DNA of 64,000 bases from Candidatus Kapaibacterium sp. (GCA_022842685.1 JALHPC010000005.1:20548-84547); one strand, 5' to 3'; numbered from the stretch's first letter, positions 11,925-23,249 are shown. Notes: generated by a model not told the origin, from the letters alone. Made by a program: numbers and translations.

Positions 11925-14900
11925 TTATGCTGTTGCAGGAGTACCGGAAAGGCGAACGCTCACCGTCTTCGAAACTGCCTGCTCCTCCATGGTAACGCCG
12001 TAAAGTGTATCAGCCGCTTCCATGGTCTTCTTATTGTGCGTAATCATCAGGAACTGCGTGTTATTCGAGAACTTACGAATCAGCTTCAAGTACCTGTCGA
12101 TGTTCGCATCGTCAAGCGGGGCATCCACTTCGTCCAAAATACAAAACGGCGAAGGCTTCACAAGGTAGATGGCAAACAGGAGGGCAATTGCCGTCAAAGT
12201 CTTTTCGCCACCCGATAGCATTTCAATGGAGTGTGGACGCTTGCCGCGTGGCTTGGCCTCGATTTCGATGGTACACTCCAAGGGGTCTTCGCTGTCGGTC
12301 ATGCGAAGATCAGCTTCGTCATCCTCGGTAAACAGCACCTTGAACAACTCGATAAAGTTCTCGCGAATGCGATCAAACGTCGCAGAGAACTTCTCCCGTG
12401 CTGTTTGATTGATCTCGGCAATCGTATCCATCAAGGTACGCTCACTAGTCACGAGATCGTCAAGCTGCGTTGTAAGAAACGTCAAACGTTCTTGCTCACG
12501 CTCATGCTCTTCCAATGCGAGGAAGTTCACGTTGCCCATCCCTGTAAGTTTCTTTCGCAGGTCTTGCACTTCCTGACGGATGTCGGCCGGATCTTCATTC
12601 GACATCGGTGCAACGGGCTCGTCTTCAATCTGAAGGTCAAGGTCTTCCGTACCGCGGCGGCGAAGAACTTCCACGCGTAGCTGGACTTCGTTATGTCGTA
12701 GCTCAGATTCGTGAAGCTCGTCGCCTGCAGCGTCGAGCTCGCGCCGCAAACGTCGAACCGCCTCCATTGCTTCATGAAAGCTTGCTTGGGCTTCGTTCAC
12801 GTCACGCTCGCGCCGCTCACGGTTCGATGTGGACTCTACCATGGCTGCTACCGCAGCCGAAGCCCCTAGCGTAAGCTCTTCGTGTTGGGCGCGAAAGCTT
12901 GCCAGCTGCTCTACAAGCGAGGCACGCTCCTGTTCGCGTTGTTCTTGGCGCTGGTCGATGGTTAACGACTGTGATGAAAGACGCTGCTCGTCGGTACGGA
13001 GCGAGGCGCTCTCGCCATGCAAACGCACAACAACAATTTCCGCCTTGTTTACCGTTGCTACAGCTTCACTTAGCACCGCTTCCATCTGGTTTGCAACGTT
13101 TTGCGCCGCAACCACCTCGGCTGCACTTGCCTCTACGCGACCATCTAGATCAGCCAGTTGGCTCACTACACCTTCGCGGTTGGATGATGCTGTGGCAAGC
13201 TCCTCGGCACGAGCATCACGTTCACGCTGATATTGCTCTTGTTGCCCTACAATGTCGTCGCGACGTCCGCGCAGGTGCTCTAGCCGCTGCAGGCGCTCAT
13301 TGCGGGCGATGGCAGCACGCCGTACATCCTCGCCAAGCTTCCGCAAGTCTATACCAGCCAGCTCTGTCTTGATAGCTTGTAGCCGTAGCTCAATCGTCTC
13401 TAAGCGCTGCTCAAGCTGCTTGATTTCGGTTGCCAGCGACTCTATGCGCTCACGACGTCCAACGCGAACACCTTCAGTTTTGGAGGCCGAGCCACCACGC
13501 ACAGCGCCACTTCGATGAACAACCTCGCCCTGCAGGGTAACTGCACTTGTTGCGCTGGAGTTGGCAGCCAGTACCAACCAAGCAGCGTCGACGCTTTCAA
13601 CAATTACCGTGGTGCCTACCAAACAACGCAGAGCGCCACGCAACGCTTCATCCACCTGAACTTGCTCACTTACCCATCCAATCACTCCGTTGCCTGAAAG
13701 GGGCACCGGAGCGTCGACGGAGGGCACGCTATCGCGGCATAAAAATGTTGCCTTGCCTGCGGCGCCACGCACGAGTGCAGCCACGCCTTGCTCGGCATCG
13801 GCACGGGTAGGAACCACAAAGTACCGCCCGGCATCACCAAGGGCCGCTTCCACGGCAACGCGCAGATGGTCGGATGCGTTAACAACTTCGGCCAAGGTCA
13901 CCTTTTCGGCACCCGGCAACCAGTCGCCAGCATTCATCAGGTAGCGGCTGCTTTCGGCCGTATCAACAAGTCCAACCAAGAAGTCGAGCGACGCCTTGGT
14001 ATGTCCGATGTTGGTACGCAATCCATCGGCTTCCTTCTGCTGTGATTCTTGCTCTGCGCGAAGCGTCGATTGTTGGGCTTCAGCATTATGCAGCACTGTC
14101 TCGGCCTGCGCTAGAGCGGCATCCAAGGCAGGCACGTCGGCCTGCTCGCGCTCGGTTTGCTCTACAAGAGCCGCTAGCCGCTCGTCGGCCTGACGTCGGG
14201 TTTCGTCGATTTCCTTTAGCCGACGCTGGAGGTTCTCGGAAGCAATGCGGTGACGGTCGGCTTCGTTGCGCAGCTCGGATTGTTGCTGACGTAATTGGGC
14301 ACTATGCTCGCGCGACGCGGTAACTCGTTGCCGTGCTGCATCGAAGGACTGGCGTCGTTCTTCTACGCGTTGCTGTTCTATGGATAGTGACTCGTTGGCT
14401 TGAACGAGGAGTTCGTCGACTTCAACAATGCGCTGACGCACACGCTGGAGTTCTTCATCGGTAGTACGCGCCTGCGACTGCGACTCATCGCGCTCGGCGT
14501 CGATACGATGCAGCGACCGTTCCGCAGCAAGGATGCGCTCCTCCAACACCAAGAGCTGTTGCTGAGCCTGAGCCACTGCTTGGCGACACGTATTCTCAAG
14601 ATCGAGGGCTGTTCGTAGCTCGACTTCACGTTGTTGTTGAAGCGACTCGGCTTGCGTGGTTGCCGCCTCGGCTGCCGCCATGCGCTGTTCCTCGGCCTGA
14701 CGCCGTTCACGAGCCGCCGTAATACGTGCAATACACGACTGGAGCACAGCATACTCTTCGGCATACTCAAAGGCAAACAACAGGCGCTCCAGCTCGCGAA
14801 GCTGCGTGCTGAGCTCTTGATGTTGACGCGCCTTTTCGGCTTGGCGCGCCAGCGAATTCACGGTCTTCTGAACTTCACGAACAATGTCCTGCACCCGCGC

Positions 14901-15464
14901 AATGTCGCGCTGGGCTGTCTCCAACTTCCGCTGTGCCTCGCGCCGGCGCGCCTTATACTTCGTTACTCCGGCGGCTTCTTCGAACAGGTGTCGGCGCTCG
15001 TCGGCCTTATCGCTTAGGATTGTCTCAATCATCTTTAGCTCGATCACCGAATAGGCGTCGGCGCCCATTCCGGTATCCATAAAGAGGTCGACGATGTCGC
15101 GAAGGCGACACTGTGTTCGATTGAGCAAATACTGACTTTCGCCGCTGCGGAAGAGGCGGCGGCTTACAACAACTTGCGAGTACTCGGTAGGAAGGATGTG
15201 CTTGTTGTTTTCAATCGTCAGCGAAACCTCGGCCATTCCTAGTGGCTTACGTGCTTTCGAGCCGTTGAAGATGACCTGCTCCATGGAATCAGCACGGAGG
15301 GTCGACGATTTTTGCTCGCCCAGCACCCAGCGAATGGCATCAACGATGTTGGACTTACCACATCCGTTGGGGCCAACAATGGCAGTGACGCCGTCGGTAA
15401 ACGTCAGCTCCGTCTTTGCGGCGAAGCTTTTGAATCCGACCATTTCTAGCTTACTAAGGTACAT
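11925..15464 (-). CDS. smc: Chromosome partition protein Smc
   Basis: N-terminal Walker A FKSF...GPNGCGKSNIVDAIRWVLGEQ, long coiled-coil, hinge, C-terminal LSGGEK signature and Walker B DEVDAPLD; internal ATG at 15464 (MYLSKLEMVGF). Confidence 0.93.
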   Translation of the reverse strand: MYLSKLEMVGFKSFAAKTELTFTDGVTAIVGPNGCGKSNIVDAIRWVLGEQKSSTLRADSMEQVIFNGSKARKPLGMAEVSLTIENNKHILPTEYSQVVVSRRLFRSGESQYLLNRTQCRLRDIVDLFMDTGMGADAYSVIELKMIETILSDKADERRHLFEEAAGVTKYKARRREAQRKLETAQRDIARVQDIVREVQKTVNSLARQAEKARQHQELSTQLRELERLLFAFEYAEEYAVLQSCIARITAARERRQAEEQRMAAAEAATTQAESLQQQREVELRTALDLENTCRQAVAQAQQQLLVLEERILAAERSLHRIDAERDESQSQARTTDEELQRVRQRIVEVDELLVQANESLSIEQQRVEERRQSFDAARQRVTASREHSAQLRQQQSELRNEADRHRIASENLQRRLKEIDETRRQADERLAALVEQTEREQADVPALDAALAQAETVLHNAEAQQSTLRAEQESQQKEADGLRTNIGHTKASLDFLVGLVDTAESSRYLMNAGDWLPGAEKVTLAEVVNASDHLRVAVEAALGDAGRYFVVPTRADAEQGVAALVRGAAGKATFLCRDSVPSVDAPVPLSGNGVIGWVSEQVQVDEALRGALRCLVGTTVIVESVDAAWLVLAANSSATSAVTLQGEVVHRSGAVRGGSASKTEGVRVGRRERIESLATEIKQLEQRLETIELRLQAIKTELAGIDLRKLGEDVRRAAIARNERLQRLEHLRGRRDDIVGQQEQYQRERDARAEELATASSNREGVVSQLADLDGRVEASAAEVVAAQNVANQMEAVLSEAVATVNKAEIVVVRLHGESASLRTDEQRLSSQSLTIDQRQEQREQERASLVEQLASFRAQHEELTLGASAAVAAMVESTSNRERRERDVNEAQASFHEAMEAVRRLRRELDAAGDELHESELRHNEVQLRVEVLRRRGTEDLDLQIEDEPVAPMSNEDPADIRQEVQDLRKKLTGMGNVNFLALEEHEREQERLTFLTTQLDDLVTSERTLMDTIAEINQTAREKFSATFDRIRENFIELFKVLFTEDDEADLRMTDSEDPLECTIEIEAKPRGKRPHSIEMLSGGEKTLTAIALLFAIYLVKPSPFCILDEVDAPLDDANIDRYLKLIRKFSNNTQFLMITHNKKTMEAADTLYGVTMEEQAVSKTVSVRLSGTPATA

Positions 15465-15555
15465 AGCGACGTTATCATTTGAACAACAAGCAAGATGCAA
15501 CGTCGGCTGCGACCAGCCGCCCTAGATTTTTCCACAGGGTGTGGACAGTGCCCCT

Positions 15556-16083
15556 TTACCAGTCCTTTTGGCGGTTAACGACAAGCATGGGGAAAACGGC
15601 AGCCACGGTGGTGTAGAGTGTGGTGGCGACGCCATACTTGAGGAAGAACATGAGAAAGCCCGTTTCCATGGGGCGTGTATACAGGAAGTAGTAAACGACG
15701 TTGTGGATTAGGGCCGCCAAGGCACATATCATAAGGAAGCGTGCACTTCCAATGGTTGTCATGGCAAAGCCCTCCTTGTAGAAGAAACCAGCTACGAAGC
15801 CGGCAAGGGTTTTGGCAAGGGCGTTCGAACCCTGGACATCGGTTGACACGACGTCGAACAGTAGGCCGCACAAGAAGCCAGCGATGATACCGGAGAATTG
15901 TCCTTCGACAAGGGCGATCCACACTGTGAGGATAAAGAGCAGGTCCGGTGTGACCGAGCTAACCGCAATAAAACGGAGGAAGACAATGTGAATGACAGAG
16001 AGGAATAGCGCTAGCACGGCATACGCGATGTAGCGCATAACCGGATTGGTAACAAACAAGGATCTATCGAAGATGATACTCAT
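15556..16083 (-). CDS. mreD: Rod shape-determining protein MreD
   Basis: Polytopic ~175 aa membrane protein immediately downstream of mreC in mreBCD order. Confidence 0.75.
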   Translation of the reverse strand: MSIIFDRSLFVTNPVMRYIAYAVLALFLSVIHIVFLRFIAVSSVTPDLLFILTVWIALVEGQFSGIIAGFLCGLLFDVVSTDVQGSNALAKTLAGFVAGFFYKEGFAMTTIGSARFLMICALAALIHNVVYYFLYTRPMETGFLMFFLKYGVATTLYTTVAAVFPMLVVNRQKDW

Positions 16084-16086
16084 CGG

Positions 16087-16941
16087 TTAACGCTCCATTG
16101 TCCGTTGGCGGATGCGCTCTTCGACACGACGCTCAAGGTCGCGTCTCTGCTCGTCGGGCAACTCTGCCACCACAAAGACCTGTTCAAGGGTGGTGAAATC
16201 GGCCGACGGCTCAACGATGATCTTACGGAATAGCGAGTTCGTCTCCTCCTCGACCTTTGTTACTCGCCCTATCACGATGTTGGCTGGATAGCGTGTGGAG
16301 TAGTTTGATGTGATAACCATGTCGCCAGCTTGCACGTCGAACGACGCCGGCACATTCTTAAGTGCTAACGTTGTTTCGCCGTCCCACGCAATTATGCCGT
16401 CCACACGCGACCGCTGCACCTTGGCAGCTACACGGGTATCGCGATTGAGGAGTAACTGGATGACGGCGAAGTCTTCGGAGGTGCCTACGACGTGTCCAAC
16501 CAAGCCGGCGTCAGTTACCACGCTCATTCCCTCCTTAACACCGTTGGCTGATCCCTTGTTCATCGTTGCATAATTGCGCAATTGCGTGGTGGTTTTGCCA
16601 ACGATATCAGCAGCGATGAGGTCGACATCAACACGCTTGCGCAGGTCGAGCATTTTGCGGAGCGAGACGTTTTCGACCATTGCCTTTCGACCACGCGCGC
16701 TTTCGATGCTGAGCTGAAGGTTAAGCTCGCGGAGCTGCGCATTCTCGCTTTTGAGTGCAACGGGATTAGGGATCCATGCAAATACAGACTGCATCCAGCC
16801 GATGGAACCAACGATTACGGCACGAAAGCCACCAAGGCGCGACAAATCGCCAAAACTCATCATCGCGAAGCTCATAACGATGAGCACGCAAAGCGTGATG
16901 TAGTTCTTGAATCGAACAACGAATTCGATGAAGCGCTGCAT
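16087..16941 (-). CDS. mreC: Rod shape-determining protein MreC
   Basis: N-terminal TM helix, coiled-coil (ENAQLRELNLQLS), beta-rich C-terminal domain; between mreB and mreD. Confidence 0.85.
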   Translation of the reverse strand: MQRFIEFVVRFKNYITLCVLIVMSFAMMSFGDLSRLGGFRAVIVGSIGWMQSVFAWIPNPVALKSENAQLRELNLQLSIESARGRKAMVENVSLRKMLDLRKRVDVDLIAADIVGKTTTQLRNYATMNKGSANGVKEGMSVVTDAGLVGHVVGTSEDFAVIQLLLNRDTRVAAKVQRSRVDGIIAWDGETTLALKNVPASFDVQAGDMVITSNYSTRYPANIVIGRVTKVEEETNSLFRKIIVEPSADFTTLEQVFVVAELPDEQRRDLERRVEERIRQRTMER

Positions 16942-16958
16942 GACGGGTCAGCGCGCGA

Positions 16959-17984
16959 CTAGTATCGCTTCGACTTGATGAGTACGCTCGAATAGCCGGC
17001 AAGATCTTCTAGTACCTTGCCTGTGCCACGTACAACAGCAGTAAGCGGATCGGCAGCAACAGTAACAGGTAGCGACGTCTCACGGCGAAGGCGTTCGTCG
17101 AGACCCTTCAGGAGAGCCCCCCCGCCGGTGAGCCAAATGCCTCTGTCGAAAATGTCTGCACACAACTCGGGCGGCGTCTTCTCGAGAAGGTTCAATACTG
17201 CGTGAACAATCACTGCTACGTTTTCGTCGAGCGCGTGGCGAATTTCCTCACTCGAAACGATGATGCTCTTGGGGATACCAGATACCATGTCGCGCCCCTT
17301 GACCTCGATTTCAAGCTCCTCTTCGAGCGGATACGCCGAGCCAACATTACACTTTATGACCTCTGCAGTGCGGTCGCCAATGAGTATACTATGCTGACGC
17401 TTGAAGTAGTTGACGATCGAGCTCGTGAGCTCATCGCCAGCGATACGGATCGACTCGTCTTCGACAATGCCCGATAGAGCCACAACGGCAATCTCGGTAG
17501 TTCCTCCGCCAATGTCAACAATCATGTTGCCCTTGGCTTCGTGAACGTCAAGGCCCACACCAATAGCCGCTGCCATAGGTTCGGCGATAAGGTGTACTTC
17601 TTTGGCTCCGGCATGTTCGGATGAGTCGCGAACAGCACGCTTCTCCACCTCGGTGATGCCAGACGGTACGCAAACAACCATCCGACGCGCCGGCTGCCAC
17701 GAGGCGGAGACCTTACGAATCAGTGCCCGCAACATCCCTTCCGCAATCTCAAAGTCGGCGATCACTCCGTCCTTGAGTGGACGTATCGTCTTGATTTCGC
17801 GGTGCGTCTTACCCACCATCTCCTGGGCTTCTCTTCCTATGGCGATGATGTTTCGTGTGGCACGGTCGAATGCCACGATGGAGGGCTCGTTCAAAACGAT
17901 TCCCTTCCCCTTTTGCCAAATAAGTGTATTGGCCGTACCTAAGTCGATGCCGACGTCGTTCGAAAGGAAGCCGAAACTTGCCAT
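16959..17984 (-). CDS. mreB: Rod shape-determining protein MreB (actin-like ATPase)
   Basis: DLGTANTLIW phosphate-1 motif, DIGGGTTEIAV phosphate-2 motif; ATG at 17984. Confidence 0.93.
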   Translation of the reverse strand: MASFGFLSNDVGIDLGTANTLIWQKGKGIVLNEPSIVAFDRATRNIIAIGREAQEMVGKTHREIKTIRPLKDGVIADFEIAEGMLRALIRKVSASWQPARRMVVCVPSGITEVEKRAVRDSSEHAGAKEVHLIAEPMAAAIGVGLDVHEAKGNMIVDIGGGTTEIAVVALSGIVEDESIRIAGDELTSSIVNYFKRQHSILIGDRTAEVIKCNVGSAYPLEEELEIEVKGRDMVSGIPKSIIVSSEEIRHALDENVAVIVHAVLNLLEKTPPELCADIFDRGIWLTGGGALLKGLDERLRRETSLPVTVAADPLTAVVRGTGKVLEDLAGYSSVLIKSKRY

Positions 17985-18075
17985 GGAGGAATTGCTTGCA
18001 GACGGTGAAAGCACAAACTTACAAGATTGCCGCTGGACGCAACGCGCACAGCGCTCGGACTCGTAGTTTTGCACG

Positions 18076-19080
18076 ATGAAGATTGGCGATATCGAGGTGG
18101 AGCAGGGTGTCCTGCTTGCCCCCATGGAAGACGTAACCGACCTGCCATTCCGGCTGATTTGCCGCAGATATGGCGCAGATATCGTCTACACAGAGTTCAT
18201 TTCTAGCGACGGCCTGGTAAGAGATGCCCGTAGGTCGATGGAAAAACTACGCTTGGCCGACGAGGAACGTCCGGTTGCTATCCAGATCTTTGGAGGCGAT
18301 ATCGACGTGATGACCGAGGCGGCGCGCAGGGCGGCAGAGTCGGGCCCCGACTTCGTCGACATCAACTTTGGCTGCTGGGTAAAGAACGTCGTCGTGCGAA
18401 ACGCCGGCGCCGCCTTGCTCAAAGACCCGCCACAGATGCAACGCCTTACCCGTTCGATTGTGGATGCCGTCGATAAGCCCGTGACGGTAAAAACCCGCTT
18501 GGGATGGTCGAAGTCGTCGATCGTGATTCTTGACGTTGCCCGAATGATCCAAGATGCTGGCGCTGCTGCACTTACAGTGCATTGCCGTACGCGTGACATG
18601 GGACATGACGGAGAAGCCGATTGGACCTGGATTCCGCGTATCAAGGAAGTTGTTTCGATTCCTGTGATTCTCAATGGCGACGTGAAAACGCCCGAAGACG
18701 TTAAGCGGGCTTTTGATTCGACGGGGGCCGATGCTGTTATGATTGGTCGTGCAGCCATTGGTCATCCATTTTTGTTCCGTCGAGCGAAAGAGTACATGCG
18801 CACGGGCGTCGTGCCACCGCCAGTTCACCACCGCGAACGCATCGAGACATGCCTAGAGCATCTGCGGCTGGAACTGGCATGGAAGCCGCAGCGTCGCGCC
18901 ATCCACGAGTTTCGTAAACACTACGGTGGCTACCTGAAGGGCCTGCACAGCAATGCGCACACGCGGCAGATTGTCGTACGCAGCGAATCCTACGACGAGA
19001 TTGAACAGGCCATGATGACCTATGCCGACGCGTTGGACGAGCACGACGCAGCTGTGCGTGTGTCGGACTCACAGGTGTAA
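18076..19080 (+). CDS. tRNA-dihydrouridine synthase
   Basis: Dus family TIM barrel: LAPMEDVTDLPFR, VDINFGC, catalytic Cys region, K-rich FMN-binding residues. Confidence 0.85.
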   Translation: MKIGDIEVEQGVLLAPMEDVTDLPFRLICRRYGADIVYTEFISSDGLVRDARRSMEKLRLADEERPVAIQIFGGDIDVMTEAARRAAESGPDFVDINFGCWVKNVVVRNAGAALLKDPPQMQRLTRSIVDAVDKPVTVKTRLGWSKSSIVILDVARMIQDAGAAALTVHCRTRDMGHDGEADWTWIPRIKEVVSIPVILNGDVKTPEDVKRAFDSTGADAVMIGRAAIGHPFLFRRAKEYMRTGVVPPPVHHRERIETCLEHLRLELAWKPQRRAIHEFRKHYGGYLKGLHSNAHTRQIVVRSESYDEIEQAMMTYADALDEHDAAVRVSDSQV

Positions 19081-19089
19081 GATCTTCGC

Positions 19090-21024
19090 GTGAGCACAGC
19101 CCATTCCTTGGTTGACCGGCTTATCGCTGCTGCTGAATCGCTGGACCTGCCAGCATCCGGCCCGGTATGTCTTGCCGTGAGTGGAGGCCTCGATTCTGTG
19201 GCCCTCCTCCACCTGTTCAAGCAATCGCCGTGGCAACATCGGTTACACGTTGTACATGTGCATCATGGCTTGCGTGGAGCCGATGCCGACGCTGACGCGA
19301 CCTTTGTAGAAGGCCTTGCTACTACGCTGGGTGTGCCGTCAACGATTCGCATTGTTAACACACTCGAACGAGCGCAGCGCGATAAGTTGGGCATCGAGGC
19401 GGCGGCACGCGCACTTCGGTACGAAGCACTTGCCGATGTAGCCCATGGTATCTCGAGTTTGGTAGTGGCAACAGCGCACACTGTTAACGATCAAGCCGAG
19501 ACGGTGCTGATGCGCATTCTGCGCGGCACCGGCGTTGATGGTCTGCAAGGTATCCGCCGACGTCGGCTCATTACAGACACCATAGCTTGCATCCGCCCCT
19601 TGCTCGACGTAACTCGCACCGAATTGCTCGACGCTGCTGTGGCATGTGGATGGTCTTGGCGCGAGGATTCGTCGAACGTCGACGTATACTTTCGTCGGAA
19701 TGCAATCCGACATCACGTACTTCCTTCGCTGGTTGAGTTCGGAGGTACAGCCACGATTCATCACTTGGCTCGCCTTGCCGATGCTGCAGCCGATGCTACC
19801 AACATCGTAACCGCCTTCATAGGCGACCACGGCGTTGACACCACATCGTTGGCCCTAGCAACAGAAGTGCTTACGATTCTTCCCGAGTACGCTCAGCGGA
19901 CCCTCATCCGCGCCTGGCTTCGCACGCATGTGCAGAGCAACGTCGACCACACTACGATTCAACGTGTTGCAGCCGCGCTACACAAACAGCCCGGTAGCCA
20001 AATCGATGTTGATGGGCAGTTTATCGTCGTTGTCGATCGTGCCTTCCTCACCCTTGTTCAGCGCAACGAAGCCACCGCCGATGTCGCCGCGTCCGACACT
20101 GTCATTCCCGACGTCGGCACGTATGAAACTCAAAACAGCTCGCTCGTTGTTCAACGCATTGTAGGTTACCCACAGCCTCCATACAACCCTGCTACGGCCT
20201 ACGTCGACGCCGCGAAGGTTGCCTTCCCGTTAACTTGGCGGCGCTGGAACGATGGCGACTCCATGCACGTGCTGAATGGTCCCGGTACGCAGCTCGTGAG
20301 CGACATCCTTACGAACGCCAAGGTACCACCCTCGATTCGACGTTCGGTGCGCGTTGTATCCGACGCCCACGGCATCATTTGGCTTTGCGGTTATCGCCTT
20401 GCTCATCGCGCTCGATGCACCGAGCACACCACTTCGTTCCTCACCCTTCAATGTTCGCCGTCTATGTCCTTACCAACAAATGTTGTACGCGTCTTTGATC
20501 GCACGTTCTCGCCCTTCATCTCGCGCGAAGAAATCGACGCAATGGTATTTTCGATTGCCCAGCGTCTAAACCATGACTATGCCAACCAAGAGATCACCTT
20601 TCTTGTCGTTCTGAATGGGGCAATGGTGTTCGCAAGCGACCTAGCACGACGCGTAACCGTGCCGTGCAGATTCGAGACCATACGTGCTTCGAGCTATGGC
20701 AATGGCATGACGACAAGCGGCACCGTACATGTCGACCAGCCGCTCCCCTCGCTTGCCGGCCGCAACGTCGTGATTGTTGAGGACATCGTAGATTCTGGTC
20801 TAACGATGGAGCGGCTCGTGCGCGATGTGCAAGCGAGCGGAGCACAGAGTGTTGCCATAGCGGCCTTGCTATCGAAGCCCGACGTACACCAGTATCGCGT
20901 CGATGTAACCTATGTGGGCCGAGAGATTGGTAACGACTTTGTGGTGGGCTACGGACTAGATTATGCTGGATATGGGCGCGAGCTCGATGCCATTTGGGTA
21001 GTGTGCAACACAGAGACAGCGTAA
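19090..21024 (+). CDS. tilS: Bifunctional tRNA(Ile)-lysidine synthetase / hypoxanthine-guanine phosphoribosyltransferase fusion
   Basis: N-terminal PP-loop LAVSGGLDSVAL (TilS); C-terminal ~180 aa HPRT with VVIVEDIVDSGLTM PRPP-binding motif; GTG start; followed by ftsH as in the conserved tilS-hpt-ftsH neighbourhood. Confidence 0.85.
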   Translation: MSTAHSLVDRLIAAAESLDLPASGPVCLAVSGGLDSVALLHLFKQSPWQHRLHVVHVHHGLRGADADADATFVEGLATTLGVPSTIRIVNTLERAQRDKLGIEAAARALRYEALADVAHGISSLVVATAHTVNDQAETVLMRILRGTGVDGLQGIRRRRLITDTIACIRPLLDVTRTELLDAAVACGWSWREDSSNVDVYFRRNAIRHHVLPSLVEFGGTATIHHLARLADAAADATNIVTAFIGDHGVDTTSLALATEVLTILPEYAQRTLIRAWLRTHVQSNVDHTTIQRVAAALHKQPGSQIDVDGQFIVVVDRAFLTLVQRNEATADVAASDTVIPDVGTYETQNSSLVVQRIVGYPQPPYNPATAYVDAAKVAFPLTWRRWNDGDSMHVLNGPGTQLVSDILTNAKVPPSIRRSVRVVSDAHGIIWLCGYRLAHRARCTEHTTSFLTLQCSPSMSLPTNVVRVFDRTFSPFISREEIDAMVFSIAQRLNHDYANQEITFLVVLNGAMVFASDLARRVTVPCRFETIRASSYGNGMTTSGTVHVDQPLPSLAGRNVVIVEDIVDSGLTMERLVRDVQASGAQSVAIAALLSKPDVHQYRVDVTYVGREIGNDFVVGYGLDYAGYGRELDAIWVVCNTETA

Positions 21025-21171
21025 AAAATGCCTTAACACGCCTCGGGCGAATGCACCGACCGTACATGATGTCGTTCGGAGTTACGTCAACGGCGCGACT
21101 CAATCAGGATTGAAACGCACGGCGGCTTCGATGCCCCTTATCACAAGAACCTTACAACAGCGAGTTGATGA

Positions 21172-23220
21172 ATGTCTGAACGAACCCCTTCCCCACGCCC
21201 GCAACGTCCGGATCGCGATCCCGACGACGACGGCGACGTAACGATTTCGAAGGTCCTCCGCAACGTACTCATTTGGGTTGGCATTTTGGTAAGTCTCATC
21301 ATGGTAGGCATGCTAATGATGAACACCCAGAAGCAGGAGTGGCCGCTTACGTACAACGAATACATGCAGGTGGTAAAGGAGGGCCGAGTACAGTATGCCC
21401 GCGTTACCAAGAGCCAGCTGAACGATTTTGAGTTTCACGGTACCCTGCGAGAGCCAATTACGATACAACGTGATAATCGAACGGTTGAAGTGACGAACTT
21501 CAAGACGAAGCTGGGCGTGGTGGATTCCTCGACTGAGGCACTGTGGCGAGAGCATGCGATTTCATGGTCGTACGAAGACGGAGATTCGCCGTGGTGGGTG
21601 TCGGTACTATCGTTCCTACCGTGGATTCTCCTGCTTGGTGTGTTTCTGCTCATCACCCGTAGAATGCAAATGGGTGGAGCAAACAAGAACATCTTTTCGT
21701 TTGGCAAGAGTAAGGCGCGGATGATTGGCGAAGGCAAGACCAACGTCACCTTCAGCGACGTTGCCGGTGCCGACGAAGCCAAGGAAGAGCTACGCGAGAT
21801 TATCGAGTTTCTGCGCGACCCAACGAAGTTCACGCGATTGGGTGGTAAGATTCCTAAGGGCGTATTGCTGTTGGGCCCTCCAGGAACAGGCAAGACGCTG
21901 TTAGCACGTGCCGTTGCTGGAGAGGCAGCCGTTCCATTCTTTTCGATTTCGGGTGCCGACTTCGTCGAGATGTTCGTTGGTGTTGGTGCAAGCCGAGTGC
22001 GCGATTTGTTCGAACAGGCTAAGAAGCATGCTCCCTGCATTGTGTTCATCGATGAGATCGACGCCGTGGGACGCCACCGCGGCGCTGGCCTTGGTGGTGG
22101 GCACGACGAGCGCGAGCAGACGTTGAACCAGCTTTTGGTAGAGATGGACGGCTTTGAGCAGAACTCTGGCACCATCATCATTGCAGCTACCAACAGGGCC
22201 GACGTGCTCGATCCGGCGCTGTTGCGTCCCGGGCGCTTCGACCGTCAGGTTGTTGTTGACCCTCCAGACGTTAATGGCCGCCACGGCATTCTGAAAGTTC
22301 ACACGCGGAAGGTTCCAACGGCTAAGGACGTCAATTTGGAAGTACTTGCCAAGGGAACGCCTGGCATGAGCGGTGCCGACCTTGCGAACCTTGTGAACGA
22401 GGCTGCCCTGCTTGCTGCCCGTCGCAACAGCAACGAAGTAACGATGTTTGACTTCGAGAACGCCAAGGACAAGGTAATGATGGGCGTCGAGCGCAAGAGC
22501 ATGGTTATGAGCGAGCGCGAAAAGGAAACGACGGCCTACCACGAGATTGGCCATGCCCTTGCTGGCAAGTTGCTGCCAAACAGCGACCCTGTTCACAAGG
22601 TTACGATCATTCCTCGTGGCCGTGCCTTGGGCGTTACGTCGTATCTACCAAACGAAGAAATGCACACCATGAGCCGCGATCAGCTAACAACGAGACTGAT
22701 TACACTGCTAGCAGGACGAGCCGCGGAGAAGGTTGTATTTGGCCACTTGAACACTGGCGCATCGAACGACCTAGAACGCGCTACGATGATTGCACGCCGA
22801 ATGGTGTGCGAGTTCGGCATGAGCGATGTGATTGGACCCGTGCGCTATGCTAGCCGTCACGACGAGGTGTTTCTTGGTCGTGAAATCACGCAGCCAGCCG
22901 ACCATTCCGAGGAGACAGCGCGTGCAATCGACTCTGAGATTCGTCGCCTCATTATCGACGCAGAGCGTGCTGCCGAAGAGCTAATGCGAGAGAACATCGA
23001 CTTGCTTCATAGCTGTTCGAAGGCACTCATTGAACGCGAGATTCTCGACGCGAGCGAACTCGACGTTCTCATTTCAGGCGGTAGCCTTCCGTCGATCGTC
23101 AAGGATGTCGAAGCGTTCCGTTCACGTATAGCCAAGGAGTCCGAACGCGTAGCCCCCGCCCCTACCCCACCGCAGCCAACGATTCCGCCTGACGCTATGC
23201 CTGGGCCTAGTCCGGCATAG
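21172..23220 (+). CDS. ftsH: ATP-dependent zinc metalloprotease FtsH
   Basis: N-terminal TM helices, AAA Walker A GPPGTGKT, Walker [21 protein letters not shown] zinc site. Confidence 0.95.
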   Translation: MSERTPSPRPQRPDRDPDDDGDVTISKVLRNVLIWVGILVSLIMVGMLMMNTQKQEWPLTYNEYMQVVKEGRVQYARVTKSQLNDFEFHGTLREPITIQRDNRTVEVTNFKTKLGVVDSSTEALWREHAISWSYEDGDSPWWVSVLSFLPWILLLGVFLLITRRMQMGGANKNIFSFGKSKARMIGEGKTNVTFSDVAGADEAKEELREIIEFLRDPTKFTRLGGKIPKGVLLLGPPGTGKTLLARAVAGEAAVPFFSISGADFVEMFVGVGASRVRDLFEQAKKHAPCIVFIDEIDAVGRHRGAGLGGGHDEREQTLNQLLVEMDGFEQNSGTIIIAATNRADVLDPALLRPGRFDRQVVVDPPDVNGRHGILKVHTRKVPTAKDVNLEVLAKGTPGMSGADLANLVNEAALLAARRNSNEVTMFDFENAKDKVMMGVERKSMVMSEREKETTAYHEIGHALAGKLLPNSDPVHKVTIIPRGRALGVTSYLPNEEMHTMSRDQLTTRLITLLAGRAAEKVVFGHLNTGASNDLERATMIARRMVCEFGMSDVIGPVRYASRHDEVFLGREITQPADHSEETARAIDSEIRRLIIDAERAAEELMRENIDLLHSCSKALIEREILDASELDVLISGGSLPSIVKDVEAFRSRIAKESERVAPAPTPPQPTIPPDAMPGPSPA

Positions 23221-23249
23221 GTTCGCGCCTAGGTTCTGTCTTTTACGTC

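Noticed and set aside
12036-15017. Many 60-160 aa ORFs on the plus strand inside smc (for example 12231-12680, 12899-13372, 13788-14045, 14631-15017)
   Set aside because: They are antisense to a 1180-aa SMC gene with unmistakable motifs. Long spurious antisense ORFs are expected at this GC content, and their translations are Arg/Ala/Pro-rich low-complexity.
18186-18831. Antisense ORFs of 190-194 aa within the dihydrouridine synthase gene
   Set aside because: The Dus gene on the plus strand has clear TIM-barrel motifs. The antisense frames lack any recognisable features.
21435-22596. Large minus-strand ORFs (252 and 231 aa) inside ftsH
   Set aside because: Antisense to a complete, highly conserved FtsH. 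Composition is typical of GC-rich antisense frames.
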